From contig OY762911.1 in the NCBI GenBank assembly GCA_963666565.1, forward strand, positions 4,512,001 through 4,576,000: DNA of 64,000 nt, given 5' to 3'. This DNA comes from Thermoanaerobaculia bacterium. GTDB taxonomy: Bacteria; Acidobacteriota; Thermoanaerobaculia; Multivoradales; Multivoraceae. The position numbers and the translations under genes were made by a program. The notes beneath the pieces were generated by a model. The model was not told the origin of the DNA, made no database searches, and saw only the letters and a program-made list of their open reading frames with translations. Positions within the stretch are counted from its first letter, which is position 1; each line of letters opens with the position of its first letter. This document shows positions 36,863 to 45,212 of this stretch, one piece after another.

Positions 36863-38071
36863 TCAGTCCGCGAGGTCGGGCCACGTAGCTCGAATGACCT
36901 TGCGGAGGTCCTCCTTGGGTGTGAGAACGACCGGCTCTTCGCGCCAGCCGTCGAGGGGCACGCCCGCGGACTCCGCGTGTTCCACGGAATCCAACAGCAA
37001 AGCTGCCGCCCCATCGGCATCGCCGAGTGCGCACTCATCGTCGCCCCCGTCCCCAAGCCACGTCACCGTGGACCGCGTCGGTCGAAGGTCGGCGCCCGAC
37101 CGGAGCGCGAAACTGCCGCCGAACGCGTGCATATGGGCGTACAGGCCCAGGGCGACAAGAAGCGCGCGCGAGGCCGCGTCCGCGCCTGCGGAGTAACCGG
37201 CCCCGAGACTCACTCGCCGCAACTGAGCGAAGGAAACGGTGGCCCGCTGACTCACCCGGGCAAAGGAAATCGCAGCGGCTGCTGGCTGGTCATCATCCTG
37301 TCCGCCCATGAACGGGATCTGGCCGTGACCGATCTTCGACAGCTTGCCACCCTTCTTACCCGGCTTGCTGCCTTCGCGGATTCTCCACTTGGTCTGATCG
37401 CTATCCTGGTGCTCAACCGCTTCGTCCACGTTGAGATTCAGCGCATCGCCTTTCAGGCCAAGGACTCTCGTATCCGTCGAGGCGGGTTTCCATCCCACGA
37501 TCTCCGACACCCACGCACGGGCGTGTTTCGTGTTGTGGCGCTTCTTGCCCAGATGCGACTGCCAGAATCCGTACAGCAACGCCTGAGGGAACCACGCCAT
37601 CAGGGGCCCAGCCTCCTGTGCGGTGGCGCCGAAGATCGACTTCCCCACCTCCGTCCTGATGAAGTCCTCGTCGCCGAGCCTGGCGTCCCTGAGGTAGGCG
37701 TCGGCGTTGCGGTGCGGAAACTCCAGACTCGACAGCCGCCTCGGAAGATGGGCCGGCAGATTCGGCAGACTCGACAAGTCGAGAACGAACTCCGGCACCG
37801 GCACCCGGTCCCGGTTCCGGCGCAGCGCGTCCTCAAGACGGTTCGCCTGCGACGGCACGTTGTCGATCACGATGACCGGCGTGGGTCCGTCGTCGTCAGG
37901 AGAGCCCCAACGCGTGTCTTTCTGGTACCTGCCGCCTTCGTACACGGCGGGCTTCACTGGACCGCCCGGGCCCGCCAGAGGAGTCAGTTCCGTGTCGATG
38001 CGGATGCCGGCTTCAAAGGAGTCGTCGGCACAAGCCGAGAGCAGTGAGTTCAGCTCGATCATGCGTTCCAT
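36863..38071 (-). CDS. csb1: Type I-G Cas7 Csb1
   Basis: VKPAVY, IDNVPSQANRLE, PHRNADAYLR, ALLYGFWQS, GHGQIP and LRSGADL motifs. Confidence 0.9.
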   Translation of the reverse strand: MERMIELNSLLSACADDSFEAGIRIDTELTPLAGPGGPVKPAVYEGGRYQKDTRWGSPDDDGPTPVIVIDNVPSQANRLEDALRRNRDRVPVPEFVLDLSSLPNLPAHLPRRLSSLEFPHRNADAYLRDARLGDEDFIRTEVGKSIFGATAQEAGPLMAWFPQALLYGFWQSHLGKKRHNTKHARAWVSEIVGWKPASTDTRVLGLKGDALNLNVDEAVEHQDSDQTKWRIREGSKPGKKGGKLSKIGHGQIPFMGGQDDDQPAAAAISFARVSQRATVSFAQLRRVSLGAGYSAGADAASRALLVALGLYAHMHAFGGSFALRSGADLRPTRSTVTWLGDGGDDECALGDADGAAALLLDSVEHAESAGVPLDGWREEPVVLTPKEDLRKVIRATWPDLAD

Positions 38072-38215
38072 GTGGGGGGTCTTTCATTACAGAGAGATAG
38101 CACGCGACGCCGGAACATACTTGAGCATGGGCGCATAGGTCAAGAAGCGGTCGGGAGCCGCCACGGCCTTCCAGTGAGGTCCGCCAACGCGGACTCGCCT
38201 CGAACACCGCATACA

Positions 38216-38244
38216 TTGCGGCGCGTAACGCATCGCGCTACAGT
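38216..38244 (+). promoter_or_regulatory. higBA promoter (TTGCGG-17-TACAGT) overlapped by the palindromic operator GTAACGC-ATC-GCGCTAC
   Basis: Sigma70-like spacing with an imperfect palindrome at 38225-38241. The GTG start lies 7 nt after the -10, implying a leaderless mRNA. Confidence 0.6.
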
Positions 38245-38251
38245 TGCAACG

Positions 38252-38524
38252 GTGAGGATCAGGCACAAGGGGCTTCGGGCACTGCATGAGCGAGATGATC
38301 GGTCCCGACTTCCCGCGGCCTTCGTGCCTCGGCTGAGGCGCATCCTCTTCCGGCTGCATGAGGCAGACCACCCGCAAAGCGCCGATGCACCGGGCTTCCG
38401 GCTTCATCCGTTGAAGGGCGACCGTTCTGGCCAGTGGAGTGTACGCGTCTCCGGCAACTGGCGGGTCGTGTTCCGATTCGAGGATGGCGAAGCCGTGGAC
38501 GTGGACCTGATCGACTACCACTAG
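38252..38524 (+). CDS. higB: HigB / RelE-family toxin
   Basis: RHKGLR, FRLHPLKGDRSGQWSVRVSGNWRVVFRF and C-terminal DYH. Confidence 0.92.
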   Translation: MRIRHKGLRALHERDDRSRLPAAFVPRLRRILFRLHEADHPQSADAPGFRLHPLKGDRSGQWSVRVSGNWRVVFRFEDGEAVDVDLIDYH

Positions 38525-38545
38525 CGCGAGAGGAGAGAACCCACG

Positions 38546-38893
38546 ATGAACAAGCGAGAGAACGATCGTGTCGGCCCAATGGTGAACCCTCCGCATCTGG
38601 GCGAGCTCATTCGCGAGAGCATGGACGACGTCGGATGGAACGTCACCGAGACGGCGGCCCGACTGGGCTGCGAACGTGGAACTCTCTCGCGCCTGCTGAA
38701 CGGCAGGGCGGGTGTCTCCGCCAAGATGGCGCTGGCGCTCGAGGACATCGGTTGGGGAACCGCCGTCCATTGGATGCGGATGCAGGCCAGCTACGACCTG
38801 GCGCAGGCGCGGCGCTTGCGAGCAACCGCACGAGGCGCTACGACGGCCCAACTCCAAACGCCTCGAACCGCCCCCGCAACGGCACGCTCGTGA
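38546..38893 (+). CDS. higA: HigA-family XRE antitoxin
   Basis: PPHLGELI, HTH AARLGCERGTLSRLLNG, SAKMALAL and WMRMQASYDL. Confidence 0.92.
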   Translation: MNKRENDRVGPMVNPPHLGELIRESMDDVGWNVTETAARLGCERGTLSRLLNGRAGVSAKMALALEDIGWGTAVHWMRMQASYDLAQARRLRATARGATTAQLQTPRTAPATARS

Positions 38894-39308
38894 CGCCGCG
38901 CGGTCGGCGTCTCATGTACCATCGTCCCTCTGCCGCGGTTTCCCCGCACGGGGCGACTGCCGACGGGAGAACGGAACGACGGTAACGGAATCGAAGACCG
39001 GGAGCACCTCCTTCTTGACCGAATCGGACGCGGCAGTGCGGCTTGAAGCGATCCGTCGCGAGATGCGCGCCGAGCGCGCGCGGGACCACGCGGAACTGCG
39101 TGGCGAACTCCGCGCCGAGATGGGGGAGCTGCGCGGCGAACTCCGCGCCGAGATGGGCGAACTCCGCGGCGAGATAGCCGAACTCCGCGGCGAGATTCGC
39201 GGCGACATGGAGAAGCTCCGCGCCGACCTCACCTGGCGCATGCTGCTCGTGGTGGGCGCCTTGCTGGCCGTCGCGACGGCGCTGGACCGGCTGCTGCTGG
39301 CCTGACCC
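38889..39308 (+). repeat. Direct-repeat cassette copy 3
   Basis: Homologous to copies 1 and 2; right flank of the CRISPR-Cas island. Confidence 0.9.
38976..39305 (+). CDS. DUF1640 / CCDC90-like coiled-coil membrane protein, copy 3 (109 aa from ACG)
   Basis: Same protein as copy 2 minus one heptad. Confidence 0.65.
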   Translation, partial: TTVTESKTGSTSFLTESDAAVRLEAIRREMRAERARDHAELRGELRAEMGELRGELRAEMGELRGEIAELRGEIRGDMEKLRADLTWRMLLVVGALLAVATALDRLLLA

Positions 39309-39397
39309 TCGCGGCGGCGGTCGCCGCGCCGACTTCATCCATCGAGGCGATCGCACCGGACGGCGCACGGGAGCTCCGGCGAGGCTACAATCGCCGA

Positions 39398-40624
39398 ATG
39401 TCCGAGACGCCTTCGCCCGAGCCCGGCCCCGGCGGCCCGCTCGAGGGCATCCGGGTCCTCGACTTCACGAGTTTCATCGCCGGTTCCTACGGCGCCATGC
39501 TGCTCGGCGACATGGGCGCGGACGTTCTGAAGATCGAGTCGCCGGGCGGCGACAACGCCCGCCACTGGGGGCCGTTCATCGAGGGCGAGAGCCGGATGTT
39601 CCAGGCCTGGAACCGGAACAAGCGCGGCCTCTCCGTCGACCTGAAGACGGAGCAGGGCCGGCAGGTGATCTACGACCTCGCCCGGAACGCCGACGTGGCG
39701 ATGGAGAACTTCCGCCCCGGCGTCGCCGCGAGGCTCGGCATCGACTACGAGACCCTCAGCCGCTACAACCCGGGGCTGGTCTACGCCTCGTCGAGCGCGT
39801 TCGGCGGCAGCGGCCCATACGCCCAGCGGCCCGGCTACGACCCGGTCCTCCAGTCGATGGCCGGCGCCGCTCACCTGCAGCAGCTCATGAACGGCGTCGC
39901 CGCGATCTGCCCGGTCGCGGTGTCCGACTACATGGCGGCGGTGCTCACCGTCTGTTCGATCAACGCCGCCCTTCTCCACCGCGAACGCACCGGCGAGGGC
40001 CAGTACATCGAGACCTCTCTGCTGCAGGCGATCATGACCGCCCAGGCGCAGTCCTACCTCCAGCCGCTCGAAGCCGAGATCACGGGGCCGCCCGGCATCT
40101 TCCCCTACCGGATGTTCGCCGCCGCCGACGGGCCGATCTTCATCGCCGCCGGCACGGACAAGTTCTGGCGGCTGTTCTGCGAGGCGATCGGCCGCGGCGA
40201 TCTCGCCGAGGACCCGCGCTACCGGACGAACCCGCAGCGCGTCGGCAGCGCCGCCGAACTGAGCGCCGAGATCGATCCGATCGTGGCGCGGAGACCGGCA
40301 CGGGAACTGGAGGCGGAACTGGTCGCGGTCGGCGTTCCCTGCGCCGCGGTGCGTTCGGCCGAGGAGTTCTTCGACGATCCCCAGGTCGAGGCGATGGCGA
40401 TGAGCCAGGTCGTCCGGCACCCGCAGCTCGGCGCCCTGCGCATGGCGGGCGTTCCCTGGCGTTTCTCGCGGACGCCGGGCGCGATTCGCAGGCCCGCTCC
40501 GCAACTCGGCGAGCACACGGACGAAGTCCTCGCGGAACTGGGCTACAACGACGAACGGATCGCGGCGCTGCGGACCTCCGGCGCCATCCGCGGCGCCCCG
40601 GCCGACGCCGGCGGCGGTTCCTGA
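39398..40624 (+). CDS. CaiB/BaiF family CoA transferase
   Basis: PLEGIRVLDF, LGDMGADVLKIE, NRNKR, ENFRPG, GYD and APQLGEHT motifs. Confidence 0.92.
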   Translation: MSETPSPEPGPGGPLEGIRVLDFTSFIAGSYGAMLLGDMGADVLKIESPGGDNARHWGPFIEGESRMFQAWNRNKRGLSVDLKTEQGRQVIYDLARNADVAMENFRPGVAARLGIDYETLSRYNPGLVYASSSAFGGSGPYAQRPGYDPVLQSMAGAAHLQQLMNGVAAICPVAVSDYMAAVLTVCSINAALLHRERTGEGQYIETSLLQAIMTAQAQSYLQPLEAEITGPPGIFPYRMFAAADGPIFIAAGTDKFWRLFCEAIGRGDLAEDPRYRTNPQRVGSAAELSAEIDPIVARRPARELEAELVAVGVPCAAVRSAEEFFDDPQVEAMAMSQVVRHPQLGALRMAGVPWRFSRTPGAIRRPAPQLGEHTDEVLAELGYNDERIAALRTSGAIRGAPADAGGGS

Positions 40625-40648
40625 CCCACGGCCGTTCTCCGTCATGAC

Positions 40649-43168
40649 GTGAGTGCCGCAGCGTTCTACCGGGATCGGGGTCCCGGCACATCGGGTTCCA
40701 CGGCCGACGCGGCAACGCGCGTAGTCCTCGTCGGCGCCGGGCACACGCACATCCAGGTCCTCCGGCACTGGGCGATGCATCCGGATCCGGCGGTCGAGGC
40801 GACCCTCGTCGTCGACACGCCGATCGCCGTCTACTCCGGCATGGCGCCCGGACTGGTCGCGGGACAGTACGAGCGGCACGAGCTGGAGATCGACGCCGTG
40901 CCGCTCGCGCGGCGGGCGGGCGTGCGGGTGGTCCTCGCGCCCTGCATCGGCGTCGAGGCGACGGCGCGCCGCGTCCTGGTCGAGGGACGCGAGCCGCTCC
41001 CCTTCGACGTCGCCTCCTTCGATACAGGCTCCACGGTGGCCGGGCTCGACCTGCCCGGCGTGCGCGAGCACGCGGTCCCGACGCGGCCGATCAACCGGCT
41101 GGCGGCGGCGATTTCCGGCCGCGTCGAGGCGCTCGCCAGCCGGCGGCCGAACGTGGTCGTCGTGGGCAGCGGGGCCGGCGGCATCGAGCTCGCCTTCTGC
41201 ATCGACGCCCGGCTGCGCGGTCTGGACATGGAACCCCGGGTGACGATCGTCGAGGCGGGCGGCCGCATCCTGCCCGGCTACCACCCGGCGCTGGCCCGGC
41301 GAATCGAGGCGGCGGCGCGCGCACGCGGCATCCGGACCCTGGTGGAGACGCCGGTCGCGGCGGTCGAGGCGGACTCCGTGCAGCTCGAGAACGGCAGCAG
41401 CATCGAGTCCGACCTGACCTTCTGGGTCACCGGCGCCGCCGCGCTGTCGATCTTCGAGGGTTCCGACCTGCCCCTGTGCGATCGCGGCTTCGTTCGCACC
41501 CGCGCCACCCTGCAGGTGGAGGGCCACGACCACGTCTTCGCCGTCGGCGACTGCGCGACGCTGATCGAGCAGCCGAACCGCCCGCGCGCCGGCGTCTACG
41601 CGGTACGCATGGGGCCCTACCTGATCGAGAACCTGGAGCGCCTGCGGACCGGCCAGCGACTCCGGCGGTACAGGCCGCAGGGCGACTTCCTGGCGCTGCT
41701 CAACCTCGGCGACGGGCGCGCCGCAGGCGCCAAGTGGGGCGCCGCGTTCGAGGGCCGCTGGGTCATGCGGCTCAAGGACCGGATCGACCGCCGGTTCATG
41801 CAGCGCTTCCAGACGCTGGACCCGGACGGCGCGCCGTTGCCCGCGTTCCCGCCGATGGAGGCGGGTCCCGGAGGGCACGGAGCGGGCGGCGGCGCGGAAT
41901 CGATGAGCGATGGGAACGGGCCGGAGTCGGCCCCGATGTTCTGCGGCGGCTGCGCGGCGAAGGTCGGGCCCGACCGGCTCGGCAGCGCGCTGCGCCGCGC
42001 GGGTCTCTCTCCGCCGGCGACGACACGCCACGGGTCGGGCAAGCAGGTCGACGCGCCCGTGCTGGACGAGGCGGGCGCCGGTCCCGGAACCGCCGCGCCC
42101 CCGGCGCCCGAACCGAAGACTTCAGGGCGCGAGCAGAACGCCGAGGTCATCCTCGACGCGGCGACGCCGGACGACGCGGTGGCCTACAGCACGCCGGCGG
42201 GCGACCGGATCGTCGCTTCGCTCGACGCCTTCCCCGCGTTCACCGACGACCCGTGGCTGGTAGGTCGGATAGCAGCGGTGAACGCCTGCTCCGACCTCCA
42301 CGCGACCGGGGTCGCGCCCCGGTTCGCGCAGGCCCTGGTCACGCTGCCCCAGGCCGCTCACGGCGAGGAGGCGGAGGAGCTGCTCGTCCAGGTCCTCGCC
42401 GGCGCGCGCGCGGCGCTCGACGCCGAGGACGTGCTCCTGCTCGGAGGCCACACGAACACCGGGCCGGAGCTCGTCGTCGGCTTCCACGTCGAGGGCGTCG
42501 CTGGCGATGGCCGCGGGGCCGGCGGCCGCGGCGCAGCTTCCGGCGCCCGTGGCGAGGCCGGCGGGCCGAGCGGCCGCGGCGAAGCCGCCGGCGACGGCAA
42601 CCTGCTGCTCAAGAGCGCGGTCCGGCCCGGCGACGCGCTGGTGCTGACCAAGCCGCTCGGCAGCGGCGTCCTGCTGGCCGCCGACCGGATGGGTCTGTGC
42701 CCCGGCCGCTGGCTGCGGTCCTGCCTGGCGTCGATGCAGACGAGCAACCGCGGCGCGATGGAAGCGGCCCGGCGCGCCGGAGTCCGCGCCGCGACCGACG
42801 TCAGCGGATTCGGCCTCGCGGGCCACGTCGGCGAGATGGCTCAGGCGAGCGGCGTGGACATCGAGATCGAGGTGGACTCCTTACCCGCCCTTCCTGGCGC
42901 GCTGGAGCTTCTGGGCCGCGGCGAGCGCAGCACGAGCCACGAGCAGAACGCCCGGCTGCCGATCGAGATCGAGCGCGTGGCGCCGCCGGGGCCGCGCCTG
43001 GAAGTCGCCTTCGATCCCCAGACCGCCGGCGGGCTGGTGCTGGCGGTATCGCCGGAGCGCGCCGGCAGTCTGATCGACGATCTGCACTCCCGAGGCCTCG
43101 GGTCGGCCCGTGTCGTCGCGCGAGCGCGCAGGCCGGAGTCCGAGCGGCCGCGCCTGATTCTCCGTTAG
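40649..43168 (+). CDS. selD: Pyridine nucleotide-disulfide oxidoreductase / selenide,water dikinase (SelD-like) fusion
   Basis: LVGAGHTH, GSGAGG and FAVGDC in the N-domain. CGGCAAKVG, DDA, NACSD, GGHT, LTKPLGSG, TDVSGFGLAGH and DPQTAGGL in the C-domain. Confidence 0.85.
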   Translation: MSAAAFYRDRGPGTSGSTADAATRVVLVGAGHTHIQVLRHWAMHPDPAVEATLVVDTPIAVYSGMAPGLVAGQYERHELEIDAVPLARRAGVRVVLAPCIGVEATARRVLVEGREPLPFDVASFDTGSTVAGLDLPGVREHAVPTRPINRLAAAISGRVEALASRRPNVVVVGSGAGGIELAFCIDARLRGLDMEPRVTIVEAGGRILPGYHPALARRIEAAARARGIRTLVETPVAAVEADSVQLENGSSIESDLTFWVTGAAALSIFEGSDLPLCDRGFVRTRATLQVEGHDHVFAVGDCATLIEQPNRPRAGVYAVRMGPYLIENLERLRTGQRLRRYRPQGDFLALLNLGDGRAAGAKWGAAFEGRWVMRLKDRIDRRFMQRFQTLDPDGAPLPAFPPMEAGPGGHGAGGGAESMSDGNGPESAPMFCGGCAAKVGPDRLGSALRRAGLSPPATTRHGSGKQVDAPVLDEAGAGPGTAAPPAPEPKTSGREQNAEVILDAATPDDAVAYSTPAGDRIVASLDAFPAFTDDPWLVGRIAAVNACSDLHATGVAPRFAQALVTLPQAAHGEEAEELLVQVLAGARAALDAEDVLLLGGHTNTGPELVVGFHVEGVAGDGRGAGGRGAASGARGEAGGPSGRGEAAGDGNLLLKSAVRPGDALVLTKPLGSGVLLAADRMGLCPGRWLRSCLASMQTSNRGAMEAARRAGVRAATDVSGFGLAGHVGEMAQASGVDIEIEVDSLPALPGALELLGRGERSTSHEQNARLPIEIERVAPPGPRLEVAFDPQTAGGLVLAVSPERAGSLIDDLHSRGLGSARVVARARRPESERPRLILR

Positions 43169-43264
43169 CCGGCAACCATCCCGGACGCACCCCTCGCTGC
43201 GTTCAAGCCTGCGTCGTCGCCTGGACGCAAACAGAGCGTAAATCCGTGCTACGCTCTCCGACTC

Positions 43265-44413
43265 GTGGACGCCTCGCGAACCGCCCATGCGCACGAACCG
43301 CGACCAGCCGCGGCGCCGGCCGGCGCGGTGCGCGGCCGCGGTGCCGCGGCCAACCCTCGGAACCGGTTCGAACGGATCGACATCGACTTCGAACCGGGCG
43401 AGAGCGCCGCGGAGCGCGGCGCCGCGCCGCCGACCGAGCTGTTCCGGGACGACTCGAAGACCATCCTCTCCCGCAACGACTCCCCGGACCTCGGCTTCGA
43501 GTACAGCCTGAACCCCTACCGGGGGTGCGAGCACGGCTGCATCTACTGCTACGCGCGCCCCACCCACGAGTACCTCGGCTTCTCCGCCGGACTGGACTTC
43601 GAGAGCCGCATCCTGGTCAAGGAACGGGCGCCGGAACTGCTGCGGAAGGCGCTTCTGAACCCGCGCTGGAAGCCGCAGACGATCGTGCTCTCCGGCGTCA
43701 CCGACCCGTACCAGCCGATCGAGCGGCGCCTGCGGATCACTCGCCGCTGCCTCGAGGTCCTGGCCGAGTTCCGCAATCCGGTGGCTATCATCACGAAGAA
43801 CCACCTGGTCACCCGCGACATCGACCTGCTCGCGGAACTCAACCGGTTCGGGGCCTGCGGCGTCTTCCTCTCCATCACGTCGGTCTCGGCCTCGCTCTCG
43901 GCGCGGATGGAACCGCGGGCCTCCGCGCCGCGGCGGCGGTTCGAGGCGCTGCGCGAACTGAGCGCCGCCGGCATTCCCTGCGGCGTGATGACCGCGCCGA
44001 TCGTCCCCGGCCTGAACGACGACCAGATCCCCGCGATCCTGGAGGCGGCGGCCGAAGCCGGAGCGAGCCGCGCGGGCTACATCCTCCTTCGCCTGCCGCA
44101 CGGTCTGCGCGAACTCTTCTCGGAGTGGCTCGCGACCCACTTCCCGGATCGCCGGGAGCGGGTGCTCAACCGGCTGCGGGAAGCGCGCGGCGGCAACCTG
44201 AACGACCCGCGCTTCCACAGCCGCATGAAGGGCGGCGGGGAGTACGCGGAGCAGATCGGCAGGTTGTTCGAGACGGTACGCAAACGCGTCGGGCTGGAAG
44301 GCGGCCAGGACCGTCGCACCGGCAGCCAGTCGGCGGCGGCGTTCCGGCGCCGAACCCCGCAGAGGAGCCTCTTCGACGAAGCGGCCGTTCCGAAGGCCCG
44401 CCCCGGCGCCTGA
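43265..44413 (+). CDS. PA0069-family radical SAM protein (SplB-like)
   Basis: NPYRGCEHGCIYCYARPTHEYLG and TDPYQPIE motifs. Confidence 0.9.
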   Translation: MDASRTAHAHEPRPAAAPAGAVRGRGAAANPRNRFERIDIDFEPGESAAERGAAPPTELFRDDSKTILSRNDSPDLGFEYSLNPYRGCEHGCIYCYARPTHEYLGFSAGLDFESRILVKERAPELLRKALLNPRWKPQTIVLSGVTDPYQPIERRLRITRRCLEVLAEFRNPVAIITKNHLVTRDIDLLAELNRFGACGVFLSITSVSASLSARMEPRASAPRRRFEALRELSAAGIPCGVMTAPIVPGLNDDQIPAILEAAAEAGASRAGYILLRLPHGLRELFSEWLATHFPDRRERVLNRLREARGGNLNDPRFHSRMKGGGEYAEQIGRLFETVRKRVGLEGGQDRRTGSQSAAAFRRRTPQRSLFDEAAVPKARPGA

Positions 44414-44431
44414 ATCGGACCGTGTGCGGAC

Positions 44432-44460
44432 TTGGGCCGGCGGCGACTCGCTGCTACACT
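44432..44460 (+). promoter_or_regulatory. Putative rpsD promoter TTGGGC-17-TACACT with extended -10
   Basis: Sigma70-like spacing and TGn extension, followed by a ~130 nt leader. Confidence 0.5.
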
Positions 44461-44598
44461 CCGCTGCCTTGACGACGAAGCGGCGCGCGCCTCCGGTCGA
44501 CAGGCGGCGCCGGTGAACGGAGCAGCGCCGGGACCGCCGGGTCGGCAGTCTCGCGCAGTGCGAATCCGCGACCATCACAGCACATCGGAGAACCAGAG

Positions 44599-45192
44599 TT
44601 GAAGTTCAACGGGCCCAAGGTCAAGCTCTCGCGCAAGCTGGGCATACCGCTGACGCCCAAGGCCTCCCGGTACATGGAGAAGAAGGGCCATCCGCCGGGC
44701 ATGCACGGCCTGAAGCGGCGGCGGCGGCAGAGCAACTACGGGCGGCAGTTGCTCGAGAAGCAACGGCTGCGCTACCAGTACAACGTCAGCGAGCGCCAGC
44801 TCCGCAACTACTACAAGCGGGCGACGCGGATGAAGGGCGTCACCGGCGACAACCTGGTCGGCCTGCTGGAGACCCGTCTCGACTCCGTCGTCCACCGGGC
44901 GTTCGCCCCCAGCGTGTTCGCCGCGCGCCAGTTCGTCGGCCACGGCCACATCCTGGTCAACGGCCGGCGGGTCGACATTCCGTCCTACGGGGTGAAGGAA
45001 GGCGACGTCGTCGAGGTGCGCGAAAAGAGCCGGAAGCTGCGCTGCTTCAACGAGCCGCGCGGCGTGACGGTGCCCACCTACGTCGAGACGGACGAGACCG
45101 GCTACCAGGCGACCCTGCGCAACACGCCGGTCCGGGACGAGGTGCCGATCGTCTGCGAGGTGCCCCTGGTCATCGAGTTCTACTCCCGCTGA
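44599..45192 (+). CDS. rpsD: 30S ribosomal protein S4
   Basis: GPKVKLSRKLG, PPGMHG, YGRQLLEKQRLR, LETRLD, ARQFVGHGH and VIEFYSR. TTG start with GGAG SD. Confidence 0.95.
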   Translation: MKFNGPKVKLSRKLGIPLTPKASRYMEKKGHPPGMHGLKRRRRQSNYGRQLLEKQRLRYQYNVSERQLRNYYKRATRMKGVTGDNLVGLLETRLDSVVHRAFAPSVFAARQFVGHGHILVNGRRVDIPSYGVKEGDVVEVREKSRKLRCFNEPRGVTVPTYVETDETGYQATLRNTPVRDEVPIVCEVPLVIEFYSR

Positions 45193-45212
45193 CCGCAAGG
45201 AAACGAAGTCCG

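Noticed and set aside
38150-38180. Possible degenerate CRISPR repeat upstream of csb1 (CGGCCTTC core)
   Set aside because: Only about 8 nt match in GC-rich DNA, with no second repeat or conserved hairpin.
28107-38888. CRISPR-associated transposon or integrative element
   Set aside because: No tnsABC/tniQ, integrase or terminal inverted repeats were seen, and Cas3 and the adaptation genes are intact.
24842-39308. Diversity-generating retroelement TR/VR interpretation of the three cassette copies
   Set aside because: There is no reverse transcriptase in the window, and the differences are repeat-unit indels and mixed substitutions rather than adenine-specific changes.
41936-41965. Selenocysteine recoding in selD
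   Set aside because: The active-site codons are TGC (Cys); there is no in-frame TGA.
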